From NCBI GenBank assembly GCA_035415725.1, contig DAOOGN010000002.1:42137-106136 (forward strand): a stretch of 64,000 nt of DNA. The letters run 5' to 3'. The notes beneath the pieces are model-generated. The model saw only the letters and a list, made by a program, of their open reading frames with translations. It was not told the origin of the DNA and ran no database searches. The translations under genes were made by a program, and so were the position numbers. Origin of the DNA: Anaerolineae bacterium (GTDB lineage Bacteria; Chloroflexota; Anaerolineae; B4-G1; SLSP01). Of the stretch, positions 46,729-56,800 are shown in pieces (within the stretch, counting starts at the first letter, position 1; each line of letters starts with the position of its first letter).

Positions 46729-47543
46729 TCCCGCCGGTTGTGATGGGCAATCTGCTGTTCGATGAAGGTCCGCGACGCCCGCAGTGTGGTGACATCTTCG
46801 ACGTTTGCCAGCTCGATGATGAGTGGCCCGGCGTAGCTAACGGCATCCAGGGCGCACAGAATAGCGCGCCAGTCAAGTTTGCCCGCGCCGAGCGGTAGGT
46901 GACGCGGTCCGGCAGGGTCGTAGTCGGCGAGATGTACCGTGGTCAGCCGCCCGCCCATGGCGTGGATCAGAGCGACGGGATCGGTAGGCGTTTCGCCGGC
47001 CTGGAAGCTATCGAAAGTGAAACCTACCGGTACCCCATGCTCATCGAGCGCGTGTATTTGCTCCGGCGTGCGCAAGTAGCACCAACTGACGTTTTCGAGG
47101 CACAGGGTCACGCCTGCCGTGCGAGCCTGTTCGGCGGCCCAGGCGACGCCGTCCAGGAAACGGGCGACAAACGCGGGATTTTTGAAGCCAAAACGGATGC
47201 CGTGCCACGTGAGGGCCTGCGCTTCCAGGCGGACGGCGATGTCCAACGTGTGCCGGAAGCGCGCGCGAGCCTCATCCAACATACGGCGGTAGGGTGACCA
47301 GAGTTCGAAGAAATCGTTGTGGAGATGCAGTGAGTGGACGCGCATCCCGCAGGCGCGGCGGCGCCGATCCAGCGTTCTCCCGAAATCCGGCGTGTACTCT
47401 TCCCGTGACTGGAGAAAGACTTCTGTGACCGGGAAGCCGAGTTTGGCGGCGGCGGTCAAGGCGTCTTCGGTGAGATAGGCGGGGTAGAACGCCGCCGTAG
47501 AAACGCCGATTTCCGGTTGTAATGGCGCTGGGGTCGTCATCAA
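46725..47543 (-). CDS. Sugar phosphate isomerase/epimerase (xylose-isomerase-like TIM barrel) family protein
   Basis: 272 aa, conserved His/Glu/Asp-containing beta-strand ends (HLHNDF.., TLCLEN); start codon overlaps stop of upstream MFS gene by 4 nt. Confidence 0.65.
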   Translation of the reverse strand: MMTTPAPLQPEIGVSTAAFYPAYLTEDALTAAAKLGFPVTEVFLQSREEYTPDFGRTLDRRRRACGMRVHSLHLHNDFFELWSPYRRMLDEARARFRHTLDIAVRLEAQALTWHGIRFGFKNPAFVARFLDGVAWAAEQARTAGVTLCLENVSWCYLRTPEQIHALDEHGVPVGFTFDSFQAGETPTDPVALIHAMGGRLTTVHLADYDPAGPRHLPLGAGKLDWRAILCALDAVSYAGPLIIELANVEDVTTLRASRTFIEQQIAHHNRRD

Positions 47544-48931
47544 TCGGCGGCGACCGGTGCGGAGGCGGGCACCGGGGGCACAGCATCGTGATCCGGCAGG
47601 AGGTCTTCGGCGTTACGGATCACCGGGAAGAGGTAGCCGCCCAGACCTACGACGAGGACGAAAAACCCGGCGAACGCGAATTGCAGTCCCATGCCGGCGC
47701 CGTGGCCTACACCGGCGAGCCGGCTAAAAATTGGCGTCAATGCACCGCCTTCCTGCATCGCCGGTTCGAATACCCGGTCGGCCAGCGGCCCGGCGAGTAA
47801 CTGACTCAACGGGCTGACAAGCCAGGCGATCAATCGGCGACTGGCAAAGACGCGCCCCTGGACGTCGGGCGGCACTTTCACCTGCCAGATAGCCTGATTG
47901 GAGCCGTTGATGAGAGGGATCAGCATGGAGGTGCAGAAACCCGCGACGAGCCATCCGGGCAGAGTGCGGGAAAGTCCGGCGGCGACCATGCCGGCGCCGC
48001 TCAAGGCCCACCCCAGTAAGACCCCGTGGACGCGGCGTTTGAAGCCGCCCCACGCGCTGATCGCCAATCCGCCTACAACGCCGCCGATAGCGGCTGCACT
48101 CTCCACGCTGCCGAAGGTGACGGCGTTGTTTCCCGTGCGCGCCAGAATCATCGCGGCGTAGATCGCCGATCCAAACGAACTGAAAAAGTTGCCGAGCAAA
48201 AAGACGATCTGCAGGCCGAGCAAGCTGGGTTGTTTGAAGATGTATTGGAAGCCGAAGGCGGCTTCGTGCATGAAGTTGCCGTGCGCCTGTTCGCCGATCG
48301 CGGTGCGTTTGGGTTGCGGAATGTCGACGAAAAGCAAAGTGCCGATGGCAAACGAGGCGCTGAGTAGATCCATCGCCAGCAGGCCCAGGAGTCCCGGCTG
48401 GCTGCCCAGTCGGGCAACAAACGCCGGATCGAAGGTGGCGCGGATGACGTTCCCCAACGGTCCGATGAGCGCTCCGGCGATCACCGGCGCGAGGATGCCC
48501 GAGGCGGAGCCGGCCGTTTCCAGCATGGCGTTGGCGCGGGTGTAGTGTTTCTTGTCCAGCATCGTGCTGATGGCGGCAGAATACGCCGGCCATTGAAAAC
48601 CCTGGAAGGTTCCGGTGATGAACGCCGTGACGTAGAGATGCCAGATTTGCAGGTTGCCGCTGAGGTAGAGGATGAGGATGAAGAAAGTCGCCGTAGCCGC
48701 CGCCAGGTCGCTGAGCATCATCATCAGCTTGCGGTTGGCGCGATCCACCAGCACCCCCACGATGGGCGCGAAGGCAACCATAGGGGCCATAAAGAAAAAG
48801 CCGACGAGCGCGAGTGGCGTCGCCTGCCCGCCGCTGGCGTCGAAGGCCCACAACGTCAAGCCGAACTGCCCGACGGCCGTGCCGAGAAGTGAAAGAATCT
48901 GACCGACCCAGATGATGATGAAGACCCTCAT
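47540..48931 (-). CDS. MFS transporter
   Basis: 12 predicted TM helices, MFS loop 2-3 motif-like VDRANRKLMMM; start at ATG 48931 (MRVFIIIWVGQ..) with GAGG upstream; track ORF extends to 49030 with unlikely leader. Confidence 0.75.
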   Translation of the reverse strand: MRVFIIIWVGQILSLLGTAVGQFGLTLWAFDASGGQATPLALVGFFFMAPMVAFAPIVGVLVDRANRKLMMMLSDLAAATATFFILILYLSGNLQIWHLYVTAFITGTFQGFQWPAYSAAISTMLDKKHYTRANAMLETAGSASGILAPVIAGALIGPLGNVIRATFDPAFVARLGSQPGLLGLLAMDLLSASFAIGTLLFVDIPQPKRTAIGEQAHGNFMHEAAFGFQYIFKQPSLLGLQIVFLLGNFFSSFGSAIYAAMILARTGNNAVTFGSVESAAAIGGVVGGLAISAWGGFKRRVHGVLLGWALSGAGMVAAGLSRTLPGWLVAGFCTSMLIPLINGSNQAIWQVKVPPDVQGRVFASRRLIAWLVSPLSQLLAGPLADRVFEPAMQEGGALTPIFSRLAGVGHGAGMGLQFAFAGFFVLVVGLGGYLFPVIRNAEDLLPDHDAVPPVPASAPVAAD

Positions 48932-48965
48932 TTTATAACCTCGCAACGAAAAATAATTCTGCGCC

Positions 48966-50738
48966 TCACGGCAATTTCGAGGGATCAACGATGGCCCAAT
49001 AAGCATACTTGGCCTGCAATTGCTCGTCAAAAAGCAGTGGCAGGTTGAGACGTCGCGTAGGGGAAGTCTTCAGCCACGTGGTATCGTCGGCCAACCCCCA
49101 GAACGTCACCGAGCCGATGGAGTCGGCATGGCGTTTGAAGATTTCGAAGATGTCTCTGTAGCGATAACCCTGCTGGAGCAGGATTTCGTCCGGTACCGTC
49201 GCATACGCATCGACGTTGTTGGTGTAAAGGCTCATGTCCATCTCGGTAATGTGGACTTCACCCAACTCGGCAAACCGCTCAATGGCTGCTTCGATGGAGG
49301 GCAGAGAGGGAATTTGAATGTTGATGTGCATCTGCATCCCCACGCCGTCCACCGGCACCCCCATTTCTTGCAGGTTATGCACCAGATTGTAGATACACTC
49401 GCGCTTTTTGATCGACGTCGTGTCGTAGTCGTTCAGAATCAACGTGGCGTCCGGCGCTTCTTCGTGCGCGACGCGGAAAGCCGTGACGATGTAATCGATG
49501 CCGGTGACATCGTACCACACACTTCTGCGCATGCAGTCGGGCCGATTGGCATCGACCACCTCATTGACCACGTCCCAGATATTCACGTCGTCCTTGTAAC
49601 GCCCGACGACCGCGCGAATGTGGGTTTCCAGCCGTTGCAGTAGCAATTCTTTGTCCTCCGGCGTCGCCTCCAGTTTATTTCCGTTGGCGTCCAGGAACAT
49701 CCAGTCCGCCGTCTGCTGGTGCCACACCAACGTGTGACCGTGAACGGCCATCCCGTGCTCCCTGGCGAATTGGACCAGCCTGTCGGCGTCAGCCCACCTG
49801 AAGTCCCCCTCGGCGGGCTGAATTGGACCGGGCTTCATCGCGTTTTCAGGTGTGAGACTGTTAAAGTGGCGCGTCAGCAACGCGGTATGGCGCTCGCTGT
49901 CGAGCTGGCTTGGACTGAACGCCGCGCCGACCGGGAAGTAGGCGGCGAGTGTCTCATAGACCGAGGGAATGTCGGTTTGGATCGGGAGCTGCCATGACCG
50001 GCCAACCGTTACATCGTCAAGGTAGAAAGAGACGAGTTCAGAATCGGGGCTTTCCACGTAGAGCAGCAGTTCCGCTGCCTCACCGCTGAAGGAATACTGC
50101 CCCTGGAGATGGACCCACTCGCTATCCGTCACGCCGTTTTCGGCGCTGGGCGCGATCCATTCGTACACAGTCTCTCCGCCGGTTGGCGTGCGCTGCATGG
50201 TGATGATCACCCGGCTGGACGGTGCCCCTGCCGCCAGCCGCACGTATGCGCTGATCTCATACGTGTTGCCCGGCTTCAGCAGTGGCGACATATCGACCGC
50301 CGCCCCATGCCACGCGGCGGTGCGATTTGTCACCAGCAGGCTGTGAGCGCCGGAATGGGCCACGTCAGCGGCGATGCTGACCGCGGCTTCACCACGCGGC
50401 GCCCATCCCTCGGTGTCGTTCTCGAAATCGTACCGCGCCACTATTTCTGTGGACGATGCCGTTGTCGCCGTGGCTTGCGACGCCGCGATGGTGGCCGTGG
50501 GTTCTGCTGTGGCCGGTTCTGTCGCGGTAGGTTCTGCTGTGGCCGGTTCTGTCGCGGTAGGTTCTGCCGTAGGCGATTTTGTTGCCGCAGGCGCTGCCGT
50601 GGCAGGCGCCCCTGTAACCGTCGGCTCAGGCGGGGGCTGAGATTCAGGTTGGGATAGGCAGGCGGTCATAACCATCAGCGCCACCAATGCGACCCGAACA
50701 ACAGGCTGGTTTTTTTTAACGAACGGCTTTTTGAACAT
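48966..50738 (-). CDS. Secreted endo-1,4-beta-xylanase, GH10 catalytic domain with N-terminal carbohydrate-binding module and TATEPA-repeat linker
   Basis: GH10 motifs WDVVNEV (acid/base Glu) and ITEMDM (nucleophile Glu); signal peptide; CBM4/9/22-like beta-sandwich region (YDFENDTEGW...). Confidence 0.9.
   Translation of the reverse strand: MFKKPFVKKNQPVVRVALVALMVMTACLSQPESQPPPEPTVTGAPATAAPAATKSPTAEPTATEPATAEPTATEPATAEPTATIAASQATATTASSTEIVARYDFENDTEGWAPRGEAAVSIAADVAHSGAHSLLVTNRTAAWHGAAVDMSPLLKPGNTYEISAYVRLAAGAPSSRVIITMQRTPTGGETVYEWIAPSAENGVTDSEWVHLQGQYSFSGEAAELLLYVESPDSELVSFYLDDVTVGRSWQLPIQTDIPSVYETLAAYFPVGAAFSPSQLDSERHTALLTRHFNSLTPENAMKPGPIQPAEGDFRWADADRLVQFAREHGMAVHGHTLVWHQQTADWMFLDANGNKLEATPEDKELLLQRLETHIRAVVGRYKDDVNIWDVVNEVVDANRPDCMRRSVWYDVTGIDYIVTAFRVAHEEAPDATLILNDYDTTSIKKRECIYNLVHNLQEMGVPVDGVGMQMHINIQIPSLPSIEAAIERFAELGEVHITEMDMSLYTNNVDAYATVPDEILLQQGYRYRDIFEIFKRHADSIGSVTFWGLADDTTWLKTSPTRRLNLPLLFDEQLQAKYAYWAIVDPSKLP
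50500..50570. repeat. Tandem 30-bp (15-bp sub-period) repeat, 2.4 copies, encoding (TATEPA)n linker of the xylanase
   Basis: gggttctgctgtggccggttctgtcgcggta repeated back-to-back at 50500-50529 and 50530-50559, partial third copy. Confidence 0.8.
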
Positions 50739-50802
50739 GGCTCCTCCTTCACGTTAACTGCACACAAGGCCACCCTTACACAGGGCGGCCTTGTGCTGCC
50801 TA

Positions 50803-53800
50803 TCAATAGTTGCGTGCGACCAGCGGTAGGAAAATCTGCCACTCCTGTTGCACGGTGAAGGCGACCTCGGCTGTGCCAGGGGCCGCGTTATCCGCGACGA
50901 ACACGGCGGTGTTGGTGATCGTCTGGCCGTACAGCGCCGGGTCGTCGTGCAGGGTGGCCCGGAAGATGATGACCCCGAACGCGCCGGCCCCCAGGTCGCC
51001 GCTCCAGGTGATGACGTCGTCGGTCACGCTTGCGTCGTTCTGTACCACCCAACCGTCGAAGTCCAGGGCGGTGGGCAGTGTATCGGTCAAAACCACGCCG
51101 CCGGCCACACCCAACGGGTTGTACAAGCGGAGCGTGTAGGTGACGGTATCACCGGGGAGAACGGACCCCCGCGTTATCACCGTCTTGGTGAGCGTCGGTT
51201 CGGCCACCCCGCCCAGATAGAACGTGGCCGAGGCTGATCCGCCGGTGAAGTTGGCGGCGACGAATATGGCGCTGTTGACCACCGGATGGGCGACGATGAA
51301 CGAGTCAGTGCGCACGGCGGCGCGGAAGCTGATGGTGACGGCCTCACCGCCGGCCAGGTCGCCGCTCCAGGTGATCACGCCGTTGTTCACCGTGGCGGTA
51401 GCGCTGATAATCCAGGTCACGAAGTTCACTTCCCAGGGCAGCACATCGGTCAGCGCGATGCCGGTAACCGGCACGCCGTTGCCGTTGTGCAGTGTGAGTG
51501 TGTACGTGATCTCATCGCCGGGATAGACGCCGGCTGTGGGTGTCACGGTCTTGGTGAACGTGATCTCCGCCAGCGAGCCGAGTTTGGTCACATCATCGGC
51601 GATGGCAGGGTGCATCTTGTAGTTGCGCACGCGGATGCACCGCCCGTCGCCGTCCTCCGCAATCAGCCCCTTGACCGTGACGATGTCGCCCGCAGCAATG
51701 TCGCTAAAGTCGCCGTTGTAGCCGTCGAGGAAGGCGCGGATCGGGCCACTGCCGTCGTCCACGAGGATAGCTTCGTTGCCGACTTTGCTCGTGACCGTGC
51801 CGGTGATCTGCACCAGCCAGCCCTCGTTGCTTTCGCGTGCGGCGTCGGCGGTAGTGAACGGCCGGGGGGCAACTTCGCCGGTGGACGGCGCAAGCACCTG
51901 CACCATCTCGGCCTCGAAGAATTCGATTTCGGTGTCGCCGTTGTAGGCGCCGATGGTGCCGACGACGCGCACGGTCGTCCCACGAGTGTATTGCGTCGCG
52001 GAAATATCGCCGGCCGGCGCGTGGACGGTGATGCCGCCGGTGTCGTCCTGCACGTAGAGGACGTTGAAGAATTCGCCGTAGGCCGCCGTGATCTTCCCCT
52101 CTACCCACACCAGCTTGTCGAGGTTGTCGGGGGTGTTGTCCAGTTCGGCGTCCGCGCGCGCCTGGGCGATGGTGGACTTGTGCAGGGGTTGGCCGAGCAG
52201 CCACATCACCGTCTGCAGGTTGAACAGTTCGTTCTGCTTGCCGTCGCCGGCGGTGTAGGCAAAGGTAGTGAAGGGATCGTTGGAGTCGCCGTAGAGCATG
52301 ATGCGTCCGCCCACGCCGGGCAGATCAGCCACGGCCGCCATCGGGACGGGGATGGCGTCGGGCTGTACGTAGGTTTCACTGGGATAGTTGGCGTGCGTCC
52401 AGTCGGGGTTGTAGATGTAGGCGTCGTTTTGATTGTCCGCATCTTCGTTGTAAGTGTGGTTCGGGTCATACCAGGAGGGCGGTCCGTAACCGGGATCGAG
52501 GTCGCCCTGGACAACGATGGTGACGCCAGAGGTCGCCGCGGTGAGCGGATCGTTGACGGTGCGGCCACGGATGGAATTGAGGCTCCACGAGGTGATCGTT
52601 TCCACGTTCACGCCGATGCTGGTCGTCGCCTCGCCGGGGAAATCGCGCCAGTAGACGCCGAAGACGTAGCCGTTGTTGTCGTCGGCGTCAATCACTTCGT
52701 CGTCGTTCATGCGCATGTTGATGTCTGTCCCGACCCGTGTCTCAATCGCAGTGAGGATGGCGTTGAGGCGGTCGGCGACGGTGTTGGCCCACGCCACTTT
52801 GCCGGTGTAGTCGGCCAGGCCGCAAAGCCACAGGCTGCCGCCGTTCGCCACGTAGTCGGCGATGGCGTTCAGTTCGTCGGTGGTGTAGGCCAGTTCTGGC
52901 GCAGTGATGAGCAGCAACTTGACGGTGTCGGTGTTCAGATCGGCGGCGGTGAGGGCATCCAGGTTCTTGAGGACGTTGTACTGGTGATCCGACAAGTCCT
53001 GGATGAACATGCGCATCTCACGTCCCATAGCGTTGGTGTTGCCGTGCCCCGCGTCAATGAGGATGAGCGGCAGTTTCTGGTCGGTCACATCGAGCACGAG
53101 TTGGCCCGCATTGTCGTCGGGGTTGTCGCCGACAGGGGCGCCGCTCAGTGCGGCGGTGACGGTCGCCACCCCGGTGACGGTCGGCTGCCAGCTAAAGTTG
53201 GCATAGGCGTCGGCGTTACCCGAGACCATGACCGGGAGTGGATTGCCGATAGGTACGCCGTTGACGGCCATCGTCACGGTGACAGAGCGCACTGCGGCGA
53301 CGCGATTGGTCACGCGCGCGGTCAACAGGGACGGGTTGTGAATGGTGGGGATGGTCGGCTGGATGACGACGTCGGTGATGGCGATGTCCTCGTCGCCCGT
53401 CGTCCACACCGGCGAACTCACGATGCGGTCGCCGTCGGCCTGCGTCGCCTTGACGTAGTAGTAATGCACGCCGGGCGTGATGCTGAGGTCAAAGCCCCAG
53501 ACGAAGTCGGCGACGGTGGGCGCCGTTTCCGTGATGACCTGGCCACCATCGCTGATGAGTTGCAGGGCGGCGGGGATTTCCCCGTCGGGGTCGGCGTAGG
53601 CCACTTCAAAGATCACGGCGCCGGTGTTGGGGATTTCCGTCCCCATCCACGTGCCGTTGGCTTTGAGGTAGAGGTCGGTGTTGGCGTCTTCGGTGGCGAA
53701 GGTGCGGCGCGCGCGCAAGGCTTCCAGCAAGTCGGCCTTCCTGAGGGCGGCCATCCACACGCCGGTGCGATGGGGCGTGTTCGTTCCCCAGTAGGTGGAG

Positions 53801-56800
53801 TGGGTGTCGGCGTTGTTCGTCGCCCCGACTTTCCAGCCGTAATCCAGCGAGCGGATGTATTCGTCCTCGGAGAAGGCGTAGGACGCGCCGCTGCCGTTGC
53901 CCACTTCTTCCAGGCGGGCCGTATCGCCCACTTCGGGATGATAGGCCCAGTCGTTGAAGTTGATCCAGCCGGGGTGATTGAACTGCATCACCGTGCCGGC
54001 GTCATCCAACGCCACGGTGCCGGTGATCGCCAGCCAGGGGTAGAAACCCTGTACGGTGACGCCGGCTTCCAGGTTGGGGGTGTAATCGCAATAGGCGCAG
54101 CCGGTATTGGTGCGCACGGCGTGGCGGACGGTGTTGTAGACGTTGATGTGGCCTTCCGCGCCCTGGGTGTACTCGAAGCCGCGCAGTGCGACGAAGGTAC
54201 CGTCCACCGTCGCTGCATTGACGGCGCTGAGGATGTCGCCCCACTCGCTATCGTCGATAGCGTAGGAGTGGTCGGTGATCGCCATGAAGTCGAATCCGGC
54301 AGCGCGCCCGGCGGCGAGGGCTTCGGTCGGCGTGCCGGAGCCGTCGGAATAGGAGGTGTGGTTGTGGATGTCGCCGTGATAGGCGGACATCGGCGGTTCC
54401 ACGGCAGTCTCGAAGTTCCACGTACTCGGCGTGCCGAGGGTGTTCCCGGCCCAGTCGGCCACATCCGCCGCTACGGTCGCTGTGTAACGCGCGGTGGGCA
54501 GCAGGTTGGAAGACGGGTTTAGGGTGACGACAAAGGCGGTCGCATTATAGCTCAGGGCGACGGGAACTGCGCCGTAAGGCCCGGTGAGGGTGAAATGGCC
54601 GGGGAGCGTCGCCGGATCGAGCGCCTCGGAGAAGGTGACGACGACGTTGACGGAAAGCGGCACGTCGGCGGCGTCCGGGGCGGGGGCGCGCCCGGTGATG
54701 GTGGGCGCTGTTGTGTCCTCATCGCCGGTGGTGAAGCTCCACACGTAATCCGCCGCCATGGGGATACCGTGCGTTGCCTCGATGCCCGTGGTGAGCGTGG
54801 CGGTGTAGCGCGTCTGGGCGTCGAGTGCGGTGGCGGGCTCGAAGGCGGCGGTGCGCGTTCCGGCGTCGTAGCTGACCGCGCCCTCAACCGGACCGAGCGC
54901 GTCTTCCAGCGTGAAGGTCTCCGTCGTTACCGTCGCTGCGTCCAGCGCCTTGCTGAACGTCGCGGTGATAGGGAAGTAGGGATACACGTCGCTCGCATCG
55001 GCGGCGGGATACGTTGCCGTGACCTGCGGCGGGAGCATATCCCAGATGTCGCTTTGGTAGCGGGGCATGACTTGCCGCGTGCCGTTGTAGTTGCCCACAA
55101 AGCCGATGATGGTCAGTTGTTGCCCGCTGGTGTAGCCGCGCAGGTCGATGGCGGTGTCCTTATCCACAAACACCTGCACCCCGCCGGAACCATCGTTGAT
55201 GCTGGTGACGGTGAAATCGCTCGCGCCGGGCGCCGGCGGCGTTCCGCTCCAGGTGGCTGCACCGGTCACGCGGACGAGCCAGCCTTCATTGGCGGCGACG
55301 GCGCCGGTCGTGAGAGATAGCGGGTCGGGCGGCGTGCCACTGCCCAGGTTGGCGATGCCGGTCATCGGGTCTATTTCCAGCAGGCCGTTATAGAGCTTGA
55401 GCGTTCCGGTGACACGCACAGTATCACCAAGTGAAATAGCCGGAAGCGTTGTCCCGCCGGTGTAGATGTACAGCCCGCCGGTGTCGTCCTGAATCACGAA
55501 GGCGTTGCCGCGATAGATGCCCGGCGGCACCGTGACCTTTCCCTGGATGGAGCCATTCCACCCCGCGCCGGCCGCACGCGCCACTGCAATTGGCGTAACC
55601 CCGGCCCCTAGCACGGCGGTGTTCACTGCCGAACCGGTTTCGGGCGTGAGCCAGTTGGAGGCCCAGGCCGCGTACGAACGGTTGCTGAGCATGGCCGACT
55701 CGGTGGGCGCGGTGACAAAGATGGTGACGGTGAGTGCTGTATCGTGCGCGAGGGTCGTCTCCGTCCAGGTAATCGTGTGCGTGGCCGCGTCCCACGTCCC
55801 TGCCGGAACGGCGGAGGCGAAGTCCGCATCGAGCGGCAGCGTATCGCTTACGACGAGGTCGTTCAACTGCGTGGCGGTCTGATTTTCTACTACGAGCGTG
55901 TAGCTGAACACACTTCCCGCTGTTGTGGTGGCAGGGCCGGTCTTGCTGACCAGCAGACCGGTCGGCGTTCCGGGAACCACGTCGCCGGCGTCGCGCGGTT
56001 CGATTTTGAAGTTGCTGTTGGCATAGTTGAGCATCCCGCGTACTGTACTCAGGAAGTCGCCGAGGGATGGCGTGTAGACGTAGCCCAAATCGTTCACGCG
56101 CACAGAAGCCCCGCCGTCGGTCACACTCCATTCACCGTAGCCCAGATTGGCGCCGTCTACTGTCACGTCGTTGACTTCCACCAGCACGCTTTCGTAGCTC
56201 TCGGCGGTTGCCGATTCCGTTGCGATGTCACCGACATCCGCTATGGAGGCGGCGTAAGGCGTGTTGCCCGAACTGAGCACGGTGAACGAGGAACCAGTCA
56301 ATTCGGTCATGTTGAAATATTCGTCCACCGTGCCGGTCACGCTCAACTCGTCACCCATAGCGGGTTTCGCGCCGCCGCTGCCGGTGTAGATGTAAAGGCC
56401 GTGCCAGGGGCCGGCGGCGTCGGCAATGGCATAGCCGACCGGGTACACGGCGTAGACGACGCCCTCCACCGTGGCCGGATAGCCATCGCACAGCGAGTTG
56501 CCGCTGCTATCCCGGTTCGATTGAATCTTCTCGATGGAACCACAATCATTGACAACGGTAGAGACGGCGGAACCGGAAGTGGGCGTGACCCACTCGATGG
56601 CCCAGGCCGCGTAATCGGCGTTGGAGACAGCGCCCCAGGTCGTCGGCGCGGTGACGGCGAGGGTGTAGGTGAGCGTGGCGGCGTCGGCGAACGTGGCCTG
56701 CGTCCAGGTGATCGTGTGCGAGGCTGCGTCCCACGTCCCGGCAGGATCGGAAGAGGCGTAACCTACATCAATGGGGAGCGTGTCGCTGAGGACGACGTTA

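Noticed and set aside
47724-48851. 375-aa minus-strand ORF
   Set aside because: Alternate frame inside the MFS transporter gene. It is Arg/Gly/Pro-rich and lacks TM helices, while the chosen frame has 12 hydrophobic helices.
51286-54522. 1078-aa plus-strand ORF
   Set aside because: Lies entirely antisense within the 2246-aa LTD/PHP gene, which has clear domain motifs, an SD and a signal peptide. The product is a Gly/Arg/Val/Ala-rich low-complexity translation typical of GC-rich antisense frames.
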